Notes: generated by a model from the letters alone, not told the origin. A stretch of 63,400 nt of DNA, filler included, from Choristocarpus tenellus KU-1152 (GCA_964200185.2; 10 parts of 10 records of this genome joined end to end with filler, not necessarily neighbours in it), one strand, 5' to 3'; shown: positions 13,586 to 27,445, numbered from the whole stretch's first letter. Made by a program: numbers and translations.

Positions 13586-14611
13586 GCTCATGCGAGGCAC
13601 CTTGTGGGGGGACGTGCACCAAAAGTTACACACGAGCGTTTGTATCGCTTTGAGTTCCCCGAGGCGCCAGGAGCTCTTAGTCGTTTCCTGACGGCTCTTA
13701 GTGGGGGCTGGAATGTTAGCCTCTTCCACTACCGCAACCATGGGAGTGACTTTGGCCGGGTCCTTGCAGGACTGCAGGTGGGTGATCTAAGTTGGGACCG
13801 GAGAAGGAATGGTACTTGACTAGTTCTGAAGAGGGACCCAGATGCATGAGGCTCAGGGGGGATAGGGGTTATGTTAGAAGTGCTTTGGGATAGTGGGATG
13901 TTTACCTTGGGGGCCGTTTCTGTGGAGGAGGAGAGGCGAGATGGGAGATAGAAGTTGAATTAGCAGGACAGATAGCCCATGCAGAGATAACATGTGTAGG
14001 TTTTGGTAATACGTTGACAATAGTTGAACTGGAGATGGTGATGGCTCAGATTTGGGATAGTACTAGGTGTGGGAGATAGTAGAATGGGAAGAGGTGGATT
14101 TTGATGGGTGTTCGTTTGATGTGACTGACATGTTGCAGAGTTTTGGTTGTTTTCCTTTAGCCGTTAGCAGGCCCAAATATGTGAGTCTGGGCAGTTGGTA
14201 CCCTCTTGCAAGGACTCCTTGGTGCCACATGCTAAGGCTTTCTGTGCATTTCAGGTTTATTTATGGAATTGAAGCATAATTTTGATTGCTGAAAGGAACG
14301 ATTGCACGTGCCGTGTTTTGATGTTATTTTAGCAATGCCACACCTTTTCCCTCACCCCTTTCACAGGTATGCTTCTTTCACCATCTAGTCTCTTGCCTAT
14401 GGCAAGCACTACAATGCATTAGCCCTTAACCATCTCCCCCCTCCACCTCAGCCAACTGACGACTTTGCTCTGTCAAACTTGTACCTTGATGTTACAGGTA
14501 CCTCCGGAGGAGGGACCTGAGTTCCAAGAATTCCTCAATGAGCTGGGCTACACCTACTATGATGAGAGTAGAAACCCTGTGTACCAGCAATTCTTTAAGG
14601 GAGATGTCTGA
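13586..14611 (+). CDS. ilvA: Biosynthetic threonine dehydratase, last two exons (13586-13777, 14498-14611), C-terminal regulatory domain
   Basis: [53 protein letters not shown]|[27 protein letters not shown]; phase-0 GT-AG intron. Confidence 0.95.
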
Positions 14612-16940
14612 GTATTGTTGCCACACCCCTTCTTTTGATGGTAGCTTGGAGGTTTCAAGAGAGTGCAAAGATCAATTAGGGTGGGGGGACTGTAGAGTTG
14701 TGCCTGGCTGAAGTAAGGGATTTGGCTCAGCCATCCTGCGGCTACCTTGGGGGCTTGGGTTCCTTCTCAAGAACATGCCTTGCTTGATTTTTTGTTTGAA
14801 AATTTATGTGCACTGCCTTTTGCTACTCAGCTGTTTGCATAAGATCTGGAGTGCATGTAGCGGATGATAGCCCGTTTATATGACTGCTGGGCGAAGCTCA
14901 GAATAAAAGTAGTTTTGAGGGTAAATTTGCAGCCACTCCCCCTCTGAGTATTACATATATTAGAAGCCAGTAGACTAGGCATGAGTTATTTTGTGTTCTG
15001 TTCCTCCTCTATTCCTGTACTCTTCATGTACCCCTGCAATAACTAAGTATTTTTCAGGTTTCTGATCGAGAGAGATCTGTCAGGAAGTGGTGTGTATGCA
15101 GCATGTGTGTTGATTGTAATGATTCTTTGCAGACATGGTGCCGGTGCACATATTGATAATACAATAGGGTTGTTTTTGTAGCTTGTGTTTGTGTAAAGAT
15201 ATACCTATGATGGTGGACACACAATTGCGCCCGGGAGTTTGAAATGTGACAATGCTCCCCAGATGTGAGAGTGTAGTGGTGGGGTAATCCGAATCAAAAT
15301 AGGGTCAATTGATTCCTTCAAAATATTGTAGCTCGAGAAGCATGCTAATGCTAACAGAACAATGACAAGAAAGCCTCACCATGAATATTGCAGTCTGTAG
15401 CAGACACGACCCCTGACCACATAGAAGAGACTCTGCAAATAAAGTTATGCCCTTCGTCTTGAGGTACATACCTATATAAACAAGATATACTGTGTAGAGT
15501 ATCCTTTCGCAGTATGTTGGAGTAAGAATCACCTTGGTAAAGTACTCTTCTTGAAAGATACCAAGTGAACGATCAACCTTTGGTAGGCCTTCTTAGAGTG
15601 GAAGTTCAAAGTGACCAAATTAACAAGCTGAAAACAACAGAGATTGGGAAAAAAATGTATTACCACAACTGTAGTAGTATTTTGGTGTACACTGTAGGCT
15701 GTTCCTAGTTCCAATAGTTCCTGTTCCCAACATACTTGGGAATCGTATGGTTACATTGTATAGTTACATATGTTTCAACACTACTGCCATCAATAAGAAG
15801 GTAGAGCAAGTCAAGGATTGATGATCCTCACATGCAATGGCTGCTCCACCCAAATCATCACACGAATCTCGTCTTTGCCCCCCCCTCCAAAGTTATGTCT
15901 CCAATTTTGCTTCTAGTTCTTGTCGCTGTACTGTGCACATACAGAGGTTGGTGTAGGGATACATTTCCCATCTGGCATAGGAAGTTGCCTGACGTCACCA
16001 ATCCCATAGCAAATACTTCGTATTCAATATTGTGTATTTCACAAAAAAAATGTAAAATGTAGATTACTATTATATTCCGCATGAAAATGGTTCAAAACGA
16101 AAGACAAGGTACCCTCAAACCCTGTAACTAATGCTCTCTAATGCAATGCTCAAGAAATAAGACATTGTTCCACATACATACGTACATCAAATCAGCCACA
16201 ACAACGATCTCCAACACACACCAACACGGCCACAATCATCAGTCAGGTGGAGAAGTAGACAGTATATGAGTTACACACCAACACAGACAACAGAAAACTG
16301 TCATGATTGCTACAGAGTGCATGACCTTCTCCCCTGTTCATCCTACCCCCCCCCCTGCACACTTCCAACCTTTCTAAGGAAGTAACTATCGCCAAGCAAC
16401 GAGTTGCCCTAAGGTCCCAACGACCTGCTGCACATAAATGTAGGGACAATGTAGCATGAAGTAGCTCTTGAAACCTTCCTTCTTGGCCTCTTAACAGTGT
16501 CAGACCTCGAGGAAAGAGTTGATCCCTCCGTTTGATGCTCATGCGCCCTTGTTTAACAAACAATTGCACTACAACCACGACACTCGAAATGACTGCGGAT
16601 CGTACGCTTTCAACTACTCATGAGAAACAAATATAAAAATAGTCAACATGTTGAATGTAACCCAACCAAGGATCACTGACTGGGTGGGAAGGCAAGCACA
16701 AAGAATACTATTGTTGCCCGTTCCATCATTGAGAATAAATATACTACTGATACAAGCAAGGCACTAGACGGAACAGTCACCGTTTCCACACCAGCATACA
16801 AAATTGCATACACCGTAAATCAAAACTAAATACTACAACAAAAAGAACTTGTGGGGTGAGCTCTACCTACCCCCACTGGAAACTGGGCTAAGCTATCCTA
16901 GCCATCGACTCCATCTAAAAAGTGCCACAGACAGACAGAT

Positions 16941-16943
<3 letters not shown>

Positions 16944-16976
<33 letters not shown>
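16944..16976 (+). repeat. (CA)n microsatellite
   Basis: Perfect CA run. Confidence 0.95.
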
Positions 16977-16980
<4 letters not shown>

Positions 16981-17186
16981 ATTCTCCACACAAGGTAGAA
17001 AAATCGAACGCGTAATCAACTACAATCCCCAAACACTCATAGATGCTATTGTAGGAGAGCAATCCCTGCCTAAAATTGGTCGGGAAATGACCATTTACGT
17101 TTGCCCACTCGCTGCCCTGTTTTCTCAAACCCTCCCACCCAGCCAGGCGCTCCTGACTGTTCAAAATATAAGATTGGCCATGTGTT

Positions 17187-20100
17187 TTACCATGGCGAGG
17201 TGTGGCTGATATCATCAGAACTTGAATGATCTTCGTCAGAGTCATCTCCTCTTTGACGTTTGCGTCGAACAAAAAAAATGCAACATCCCATCATTGCAAA
17301 CCCAGCTAGTGCAGCAGCCGACCCAGCTGCCATGGCTATATACGGACTAGTGTTATCACCCCACCTTTCCTCCTCCCCAACAGTATCTGAGAGGCCAGTA
17401 CTAGGAGACAGAGTCGGTGAAGCATTCCCAGGGGCTTCAGTTGGAACACTATCATCACTGCCATGGGGAACTTGAGTAGTAACGGTTGATATTGACAAGA
17501 TAGTGGGAGCAGGGGTTGACGATTCCGTTGTAGTCTTATTGACCTTGTCCGAACCACCCTCAGTACTTAATGTCTCCAAGCTTGTCCCAAGGTCATGAAG
17601 GACGACATCACCTGCAGCAGCAATGCCAAACGCCTGCGAGGTTGATTCTGTCAGCCTCTTGGCCCGGACTTCAGCCACATAGAATCCTGGTGACAGATCT
17701 GAGGAATCCACCATGACCTATTAAATATGTAGCCAATATGTAATAAGGATATTTAAGGATCAGAGTTGGAAACGTGTGTATTAAGATTGTTACTTTTCTT
17801 TAACAAATATTGGAAGTAAAATATTTCAGTAAACGAGGGTATTGGTTGTTGGGGAACAACTGCATTCTATTGACTTACGGTGAAATGATATTAGAAACGT
17901 TAATGACACAAATGATGATACTGTGGGATGTTCCATCGTAGTGAAGGTACCTGCCCATGCTCTCTCCCCCCAACCCTCTTCAGCTTTCCCATGACTGCAT
18001 CACTGATGACACCGGAACCTCGGCATATCTATGATTGGTACACATAGAGTACATTACCAAATTATTCTAGGACATGTACTCAGAAGGGTTCACTGATTGT
18101 GCTGTTTACTAAAAATAGCTACTCATGTACTGCAGTAGAACACTCTCAGTAATCACACCGTCATGCTCTCATGTACATGTACGCTGCCATCCACTTCAGA
18201 AGGTCAACTACACAAAATACATTGCTTGTGCTTCAAAATATATGTTGATGTATATATTAATTCGGTGCTACATGACTAAATTGGAAGTGATGTCGATTGA
18301 ACAACCCATAGTCAGCTATCGCAGTTCTCAGCATGTAACATTGTTCAAGTGTATCCTTCACTTTTACTGGTAACAATTTTGGGGGGAAAGTTGGGGATAT
18401 GATGCATCGCTTCCCTCATGAGGGTCAATTTAAAACGAGCATTTCCACATCCAAATATACATATATAGATACTACATTCAGCTGCATGGCGCACTAGTAT
18501 GACATATTTAGCATAATCTTACTCACAAAAGTTTAAGATTCCAGCTCTATGATAATACCACGATGTGCCCAAGACATACTTCTTCCAGCTTGACCTATGA
18601 TATATACACTTCAAATATCTCACCCTCTCCACTGTGTTTACATCATCACTCAAGTCCAAAGGGAGGCCAAACGAAGCTGGGCATTCAGGGTCAACGCCAC
18701 ACAAGAGTTCCAAGGTATCATGTGCATTTGACCAAAAAATGGTACCGCTGGTGACCGATGTAACTGTGAGGTCCAGATCGTGAAGGAGCTATAAAAAAAT
18801 TAACACAGAGCCGGCATGGGGGTGGAGGGAGTGTTGTATTTTGAAGGGGTTGAAGAGGAGTGGGAGGGGGAAGGAAGGGATTAATCTACTGTAATTCCCA
18901 ACAGGTATACTTTAATTTAGAGACATTTTGATTTATGCCTTGGCTGACCTGACATGAGTCACGAAAAAAAAAAATGACATTTTTTCCAGTGCTTCAAGAT
19001 GTCAGATTTCTGCATTCCACGTACGTGGAGAACTGAGAAGAACTTCCCCAAGATGTATTGGTCAAAGATCGTATTACTTTCTTTTTTCCTTTCCATTTCT
19101 TCCCAAGTATAAAAACCTGACCGATACATACATGACAATAGTGGTCATTTCCTGTGCATTGACATTACATCAATATAAAAATCTGAAACTTCATAATAAG
19201 TGCAACTACCATCCGAAAAGAACTAGCACTCAGCAACAGTTGAAATTTATGCATAACACAAAAACGCACTCAGCAGTAATGCCTATCTAAGACAAGTGAA
19301 GATTTCAAGTCAAATTTTGAAATACCCATATTCTAAAAACCCCTTGTGCTTTCTTCTCCCACCCACGACAACAAACAAGCTCAAGGGGGTTAAGATCATC
19401 GTTTGTGCACACTCACATTATACGCCACAATAGAAGATGGCGGGTCATACCACGCCAGTGTTACCACAAGGTCGGTGGAAGTGTCAGTGACCTTGAAGGA
19501 GTAGTAAGTTGATGAATTTGAATCCACTGACCCCTCGTGCACAAACAGTCCCGGGAAAGGGCGGGTAACAGTCGGGGTGCTTGATGCTAGTTGCACTGCT
19601 CCAAAGCCTTGCATAAAGTCCATATTTGTCATGTCCTCTCTTGCAGTATCTGGAGAGGTGAACAGGAGAAAGGGGCGGTCATGTAGATTCTTGGTAGCAT
19701 TTGGTGTGCATCTTGACACTTTTGGCTTGCAGAAGTAGAGTGACAACCGCTACCTGAAATGAGGGGAAGCAGGGAGTCTAGGAGAAAAGAAGCATGCACC
19801 TCGGAAGATCATGCCTCTCTTGAGAAATGTCTCTCCAGGTGAGATAAATCCATACACTTCTAATCCGAAAGCAAGAAACATGTTGCGGATCTGGTCGAGC
19901 GTTTTGATCCAACTCCTGGAAGAAAATCCATCAAAGAAAACGTTACACCACACGAGTCACTTTTCAAAGTCAAACTACAACTGCAACAACCTGCAAGTAC
20001 GGTTCTTGTGACCAGCCCTACCCCCTTTTCCTCCAACTCCCTTCCCAGCCTCATCAAATCCTCCCCATCCACTCCACACAAACAACCCATTTCCCCTGAT

Positions 20101-23100
20101 AACTTGGTCACATACCCTTTGCCCCCCCTCACCTCCGTAACCTAAGGAAACCAAAGTTCCCAGCCACTTTGATGAGTTGACGAGCATCGCCTTAATGAGT
20201 GCGCCTGAGGGCACAAACCCCTCGCACAAGCCTGCCACGGCATGAACCGCCCCATCTGCCTCACACAACCCTTCCCCCTCAAGAAAGTTCGCGAAGAAAC
20301 CCTTCCTGAAATACTGACGAATGAGCGCTGCTGACCCAGCAACAACTGGTGCCGACATCGATGTGCCCCCGCTGGAGGCCAGTGCGCACGTTGCTCCTTC
20401 CACCTGGTTCTCAGCTGCCTTTGCAGAGTGTACAAATATACCAGGTGCAACAACGTCTGGCTTCACAAAAAAAGATGACCCGCCAACAGGACCCTGTGAA
20501 GAGAAGTCACAAACATCGAAGCTTTGTTTGTCTGGGGATATGCCCACATAATTCGCATTTGCAGTAGAGTGGTATGCGTACAAACGCCCAGGGCCACTGT
20601 TCAGCGCGCCCACTGCTATTGTTGTCTTGCTTGTAGACGGAGAGTTGGCTGAACCGGTCCCATCTTCGCCCGTGTTTCCGACCCCAAAGATGACCACTGA
20701 GTCTGGGTTTGAGTGAACAAATTCGTCGATCTCGACATCGAGATCAGATGGTTCGTTCATGTTGGAGAGGGACCACGAGTTTGTGTGGATCCTGGCGTGT
20801 GCAGGGGGGGAAGAGGGTTCTAAGAAAAGGTGTCCAAGTAAGGCGGGGAATTGGAAGGTCGGCACGCTGACGGGTTCAACAGAAGGGCCGGCGCAAGGAA
20901 GAAAGGCTTGTGAACGATACAGGCAATGCAATACCTTGAAGTACAGGAAAGGGGAGGGAGGGAGAGGGAAGAAGTGGGTATGCAGGAAAGAACTTGTCTG
21001 TCAAATGATGTTTCATCTTACAGTAGTTGAAATAATCAATAGTAATGTATCCATCCATCCTCCTCTAGTGGCGATTTCCATTGTGAACCGACGATGGAAG
21101 GGTCATTCTACATCTGGAAAACCCAGCACAATAAAGTAACTTATTCCTTTTGCCCTTCCCCTGTTTTTCCTTGGTGTACAAGTACACCCTAAATTTGGAA
21201 AAAGAAATATATGCACACATAAGGCTTGAACAACATACCATGGGAAATTGTTGGTCGGCGGTTTGCAAGCAATCCAGGGGCATCTATTCATAGTCTAGGA
21301 GCCAGAACGGTTGGATTGTTGAAAGGTTTCGCATATGAGGCACATGACCAAGAGCTGCTGTTGGGTATCAGGGTCAAACATGCACTGAAATACATTAATA
21401 TGGGGTCCTTAGCCTACTGTCTCATGGTATCTACTGATACAGTCACTGCTCTGACTCACCATACCACTATGTACGGTACTACTATGTCTTGAACCGAACT
21501 TACCATAAACACACATGACCATCACACTGTGTTACATGCTTGTACCAGCTGATACAATGTAACCAAAACACAGGTTACTGTGACATGCTGCTCCCCATAC
21601 TGTAATCCTCTTTCTTATCCAAATTCCTTGACAGATCATTGGGGTACAGCCCTATTCTTTTCCCCAATTCATACCAAATCTCAAATGCGCTTCATGTACA
21701 TATTCCGACTCTTTTAACTGTCTTGCGATTCTGTCACATGAAATCTCACAACCCACATATTCTTCTTTGCTGGCTTGCTTATTAATCCCATAGAGTGCTT
21801 TCAGTAATTGCGGACAATCCTTTTCAACCACCAACAACATCCATCGAATAAATAAACATGCACTCTCTCTGTCCCAGAAATCTGCGACATTACGAATTGT
21901 AACTTCTTGTTTTGGAGTGAATGTATCTTAGAGGGTACGAATTTCGCCCTGTTTGTCTATTTGGGGCTTGGCTTCCCATGGTTTCTTTATAGCATTTACC
22001 TACTCCGAAATTGAGCAAATAAATATTGGTTCGGAGTAGGTAAAATGTATACCTTATGAAAGGGTGCGTCAGGAACAAGGACATTGACGCTTCCTAACAA
22101 ACACATTAGCCAAAATTACATCAAAATCGCAACGTTGGATTTTAACCCCCAAATGAATGCAGCTCTACGCCCTGAGATGCTTTGACTCTTTGACCGTCTC
22201 TCCACGAATACGAAGACTTTCCCAGTGATGTATGGCTCAAATTGAAATCTTGGTATGATTGTTTGAACGGTTTTGTTGGTTTTCGCATTTTGTTCCGAAA
22301 TAGTTCTGAATCTGTTCCAAGAAGTGGAACCGAAAAAGCGATCCTTTTCGTCCCCATCTTCAATGGTTGCGCTGGATGGCAGTAGGTGCAACGCCCCCCA
22401 TCATCATACAACATCTCAGCACCTTGCCAAGAGCCCATACAACTCTTGCTTAACCTAGCCTCTAGACCTTACACAACATGAGACTCGTAGCCAATATGGT
22501 TACTCTGGCGAGTCTGCTGCCTTTCGGGGGGAACCGATCCACCCGGGGCAAAAATTGCGACCTGACAGTGGAAGGTCGAAAAACGCTCGCCATACCATAC
22601 GCTTTAAGCACTACATCCTGGCAAGAAACGTTCGAAAGGCATTGGACCAGAGGTGGCAGAGCAGTTTGGAGTTGGCGAACAATATCTGAGACAACTGTGG
22701 GTGCGTGTATACAAGAAAAATTGGACTGGCAACATACTTTTGCTCTAATAAGCATCATGAAGCAGGCGGTCATCGGACTTCACACCGATAAAGCATGCAA
22801 AGATTCGAAAGGCCAACACCATGAAACGAACCCCCACCCTTAACCATCTGTCTGTCAAACTGGACGAAGTCAGTGTCTCTTAGTCTGCAGCTCAAAGCTT
22901 CAGCGATGGCTCAAAGTGATGGGCACAACAAAGGTGAAGCAGTGATTTACCCTGAGCCTGTCACTGATGCATTGAAAGAACCTGGGGGGTAGACTTCATC
23001 CTTGACCAAGCAGCAAGAGCCCCATCAATTACAGAAGCGGCCTCAGTACAATCTATATCAAGGAAGCATGGTTCTACCTCATCTGCAACAGAGAGTGCAT

Positions 23101-26100
23101 CTGCATGTTCCCCAGGGTGGAAAGGGTGGACCCCATCAAGGTACAGCACAAGAGGTCACATTCCTAAGGTGATGCTCATCTGCGCCGTTTCGCGCCCAGA
23201 TCCTTCCCACATTTTCGACGGCAAGACCGGAATCTAGCGTGTTTGTGTCATCAAGCAGGCGCAGAGAAATTCGGTCCACCATGAGAGGGGGTAGCAGTAC
23301 GACTTCAATGTGACCATTGACACTGAGCGACACCGGGAGTGGTACATGGAGACCTTTCTCCCTGCATGAAAGAAAAAAATGCCGTGGTTGAAGGATGAGG
23401 TGGTCATGCAACAGGACAGAATGAATGACCCCTCACACACGATAAGACACACTGCGGAAGCTCAACAAAGCCGTGGGGAGGAGGGGGTGGAAGATCAAGC
23501 TTGTAACTCAGCCTAGTGAGTCACCTGATCACAATATCAACGATTTGGGTTTTTGCATCCCTTAAAAGTAGAGTTTGGAGGGAGCATTAAGGTACAATAG
23601 ACGACCTTGTGAAGGGGGTAAGGAGTATGCACAGTGCATACGACACGGCTACTATAGAGGGGGTGTGGCAGAGCCTCTCTCAGCAGTACAATCAAGTCTT
23701 GAAGGCGCTAGGGGGTGACAATTTTGAGGTACAGGACACTGGAACTAAGGAAAGGCAGAGTGAGGAAGTCTACCAAAAACAGTCAGAATCTACAGAGGGT
23801 CTTTCAACGCAGTCGAGTGAAAGTATCTCAGAGTGTAGAATTTTTGCCCTGTTTGTCCATTTGGGGCTTGGATTCCCACAGGATTTCTATAACATCTTAT
23901 CTACTCCGAAAATTCGGAGTAGATAACATGTGTATGTTATGAAAAAGGTGTGTCTGAAACAAGGATATTGACACTTCTTACAAACATGATAGTCAAGAAT
24001 ATATCGAAATTTCAACATTGGATTTTGGTCGCCAAACGGACAAGGCTCTACCCTCTAAGATAATTCGACTCAGCAGTGGATTGGTGAGTTGATGAGCACA
24101 AGGACAGCGACAAAGAAAGATTTTCACGTAAAATACACAAAGGAATTCAAGGTAAATAATTATTTGTTCATCAGAGGTCATATCGAAAAGTTACACCCTT
24201 AATGTCGCAGACTTATTGGACAGAGGAGGTATCTCCTCTTTTATCTCTACCTGGATGAAAGCCTGCTCCACATTCCAGTGAACCAATTCCCAACCCCCAT
24301 CTGCAGTTAATGCCAAAACCATTCCTGAAGATGTAGGTGATGGTGTGGGAGAAAAAGTATCTTAATTGTCTAAACTCTGTCTGAATCTGGTGAAAACCTT
24401 TTGCTAGCAGACGTGCCTTGTATTGCACCACCTCAACAAGTTTGTTTGACTTGCACATGGGTACTCACTTAGTGTTGGTCACCCTGCATCCAGGGGGATA
24501 AAATGGCCTCCACCCAACTGCAATCCAACTACAAACCAGACATCGCTCTGCTCTACCTCAATCCTTCAAATCACGTTCAGGAGAACTACATACCGCTCTT
24601 ACAGTCGTGGGTTCTGGAGGGAGGTCATGCGCTAACAATCCGATAGACCCATTGGTTGCACACGTTGCAAGGGTAGTATCAATGGAAACAGATTAACTCA
24701 TGAAACAAATGCCACATTCTTGTAAAACAAAACACTTCCACCAGGTCTGGTTTGGTGCTGCAGAACCATGACGTCCAGTGACCAGTTGCCAGAATTCTCC
24801 TCTGTCAGCATCTTCCTTGCTGACATCCTCTCCACATCTAGATCTCTCACAAATCCAGCAAAATTTCTCGTAACCACCTTGCACCTCTGTACAAACAGGA
24901 GATATTAACCTCATAGTCCTCTTGTACCCCAATCAGTCCACGAAATACCATCCTCACTACCCCCCAGCTCCTGGGATAGGAGAGTGACACTACCTTTCTG
25001 GCATTTAGGCGTGTGTGAAGGGGAAATATGCGGATGGGAATTGCCCCCTTCTCAACAACAGGTAAATAGTTGAGGTGGTTTTAAATGTATGGCATTTGCC
25101 ATGTGCATTACACCATACCACTCAAACTTGAGCGATAGACCCACCCGATCGGATCATGGCAAGCATTGTGAGTATATTTGATTGGAAGTCCACTAGATGC
25201 ACAGTCGGAGCGAGAGGTAAGGAGATTGAATGCAGTATTAGAGACGAGAGTCGACTTCACACTCCTCAATGTCCCTGAGTCAAAACATAATATCTCCAAA
25301 CCAAACACTCCCACCTTTATATTGTAGATCACAGAACCCAGAGAAAACTTCAATATACATGCTCCTCTGCTAATCCTCCTAGACTGCCTTGCTGTCTCGG
25401 TCAAGACTACCACATCAGTAGACGGGCTCACACTCCCCTGGTGAAAAGCATATGTATGGTGAACTAGCTCATGATAAATTTTACACCTTCCATCCAAAGC
25501 ACACAAACCACAATAATTATGTTGCATGGACTTTTCCGAGTTAATACAAGACCTGGCCATGTTATTTTACTAATGTCACACCTGGCAAGATACCCAGGCA
25601 TGGCAGCACTTGTGTCGCCAGATGTGATACAGCCACTTTCCTTAGTATGCCGTACGGCTTTGGTTATAAAAACACTCCCTGCTTATCTCTGCAGAGACAA
25701 ATATCTGGATCAGGCCACCTCCTGGATCATTGCCCTCATCCGTTCTTTTGGCAATGTGTACCATTAATTCAGACATCTCATGCCCCACCATTACCGCTGG
25801 CCAACTCAACCCACCATGCCATTCAAGGTAACCTTGGGGTAAGAACCCTTTCAGATAATGAGCTGTTATCAACAACGCAAATAGGGTCCTCTCGTCCTCC
25901 AAGACTTTGTTTAACTTTCTGAGTGAAAGTATCTTAGAGGGTACGAGTTTTTCCCTGTTTGTCCATTTGGCGCTTGGCTTCCCATGGGTTTTTTATGACA
26001 TATTTCTACTCCAAAATGTTTAGGAGTAGGTAAAATGTACGTGATATGAAAAGGTGTGTCCAGAACATGGATATTTACACTTCCTAAAAAACACGATAGC

Positions 26101-27445
26101 CAAAATTACGTCAAAATCGCGACCTTTGATTTTGACCCCCAAATGGACGCGGCTCTACCCTCTAAGATATTTTGGCTCTTCTGTTTGCGCCCATTAAGGT
26201 ATGGGTCGTGGCAAACCAATCTGTGTAATTGGTGAATGTGATCTGAAGGAGCTTGATCTGGAAAACCTAAAGATGCGAAGTTTGAGTGCAGCTGCCCGTC
26301 CAGGCACACCAGTCCCAGCTGGGTCTTCTCTAGCTTGAGGATTTGATTATGCTTAAGCTAAAGCATGTTGAAAAGCTTCATGTATGGGACATACTGCCAA
26401 GAGCTGCTTGGATAGATCATACGGTGACATATACTATCAACGGGCCCTGAGCCTACAACTTTGCCATACTCTCAACCGACACAGTCACCAATCTGACCCA
26501 TCATACATTTATGTACAGTACTACCATGCGTTGTACTGAACATACTAGAAACGTAAATGAAACCATCACACTGTTTTACATGGTTGAACCAGTACATAAA
26601 ACGTAAGCAGAAGACAGAATACTGTCACATGGATGGGTGGGAAAGGGGCAGGAAAGGGGGAGTGAGGGAGATATATACCTGGCGCCTGCCTTGCGTTGAG
26701 CACTGAAGATTCTTCCAAGGCTAGAAGACAGTATGAGACCATCCTTATCACCACTATTAGAGGTGAGGATAGTAGCAGGGACACGGGGGGGGGTGGAGAT
26801 TACCTTTGCAATAAAGGTTTTTTATGACAGTGTTACCCTACATTCCCTGCATTGCTATCACGGATTCAGCACAATGGTCTCACATACTACTAAATACTGT
26901 ACCACATGCTTTCCACCACTGTGTACACGAAATGTGGAACCATGGTATCTGTTGACTCTAGGCAAATCCCTTTCCTATAAAGGTACTTCTGTGCTACAGA
27001 GTATCTTTTCCCATCACATATGTTAAGAAAGAAACACAGTTTCAATCAACAAAATATGAAACAAGAAAAACAGATACATCCAAAGTAGCACAAAACACAG
27101 ATCATAAAACAAAATAGAGAGCCAATCATACCATCCCACGCATCAATAAATTCTGCTATTTCTTATTCGAATTGATCACACATTCAGCAGATTTAACCTC
27201 AATCATGGGGGGTCAAATTGAACCTACATACTATGATTACTACGTACAGGTGAGGTAGGGGTGAGAGGCATGCTGAGGAGGGGATCGTGCATTCCTAAAG
27301 TATATGGCAATACACAAGCTTGCAGGTGTTCTCACATGTCCACAAAGGCAATCTTGGCTGCTGGTGCCATCCCAGCTGCATCAGAAATCTCAGCCTCAGC
27401 GTCATCGAAGCATGGAAAATCAAATTGAGCACCATCATCACAGCT
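17187..27445 (-). CDS. Membrane-anchored S8 subtilisin-like peptidase (KP-43/TagC-like), 5' truncated; exons 27445-27336, 26720-26679, 20791-~20133, 19649-19417, 18788-18624, 17717-17187
   Basis: Spliced product GMAPAAKIAFVDI|LGRIFSAQRKAGAR|IHTNSW..FGVGN..FSSQGP..KPDVVAPG..GTSMSAPVVAG (catalytic Ser)..SGALIKAMLVNS..QGFG..VTLAWYDPP..|LLHDLDL..NTVER|, then an S/T-rich stalk, a TM helix and RRKRQR. All junctions are phase-compatible; a small exon may be missed. Confidence 0.88.
21317..21585 (-). repeat. Copia 3' LTR
   Basis: TG...CA termini; similar to 26366-26629. Confidence 0.8.
21915..22188 (+). mobile_element. MITE family A (TSD TTTG)
   Basis: TIRs GAGTGAATGTATCTTAGAGGG / GATGCTTTGACTC; perfect 4-bp TSD. 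Confidence 0.9.
23815..24071 (+). mobile_element. MITE family A
   Basis: Same TIRs and internal sequence as other A copies; TSD degenerate. Confidence 0.88.
25921..26178 (+). mobile_element. MITE family A (TSD TTCT)
   Basis: GAGTGAAAGTATCTTAGAGGGTA ... TACCCTCTAAGATATTTTGGCTC; TTCT on both sides. Confidence 0.92.
26366..26629 (-). repeat. Copia 5' LTR
   Basis: TG...CA termini; similar to 21317-21585; TSD adjacent. Confidence 0.8.

Larger units (their letters stand above)
21863..24229 (+). mobile_element. Stowaway/plant-mariner-type DNA transposon with both TIRs and a degenerate transposase, subfamily 2
   Basis: TIRs CTCTCTCTGTCCCAGAAATCTGCGACATTA / TAATGTCGCAGACTTATTGGACAGAGGAGG followed by TA; motifs HIPKVMLICAVSRPD..FDGKTGI, MQQD, GWKIKLVTQP..SPDHNINDLGF; splits the Copia RT. 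Confidence 0.9.
21317..26629 (-). mobile_element. Old Ty1/Copia LTR retrotransposon with both LTRs and 5-bp TSD TGGAT, inside the subtilase intron
   Basis: Diverged direct repeats TGT(G/C)ACAGT...TTTCAACA at 26629-26366 and 21585-21317; TGGAT at 21312-21316 and 26630-26634; PPT-like GGGGAG before the 3' LTR; RT remnants EPTT, YKARLLAKGF, TFSPT..HWNVEQAFIQ..EEI, KALYG..KQAS, YVGCEI..RFGM. Confidence 0.85.

Noticed and set aside
20792-20934. 5' extension of the subtilase ORF, and the idea of two tandem paralogues
   Set aside because: A polypyrimidine tract plus CAG at 20792 joins in phase with exon 26720-26679, giving one gene; the extension is intron read-through.
25921-26178. MITE acting as a spliceable introner (GTAGAG...CACTCAG on the minus strand)
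   Set aside because: It lies inside a dead Copia, and the hypothetical splice gives an immediate stop.
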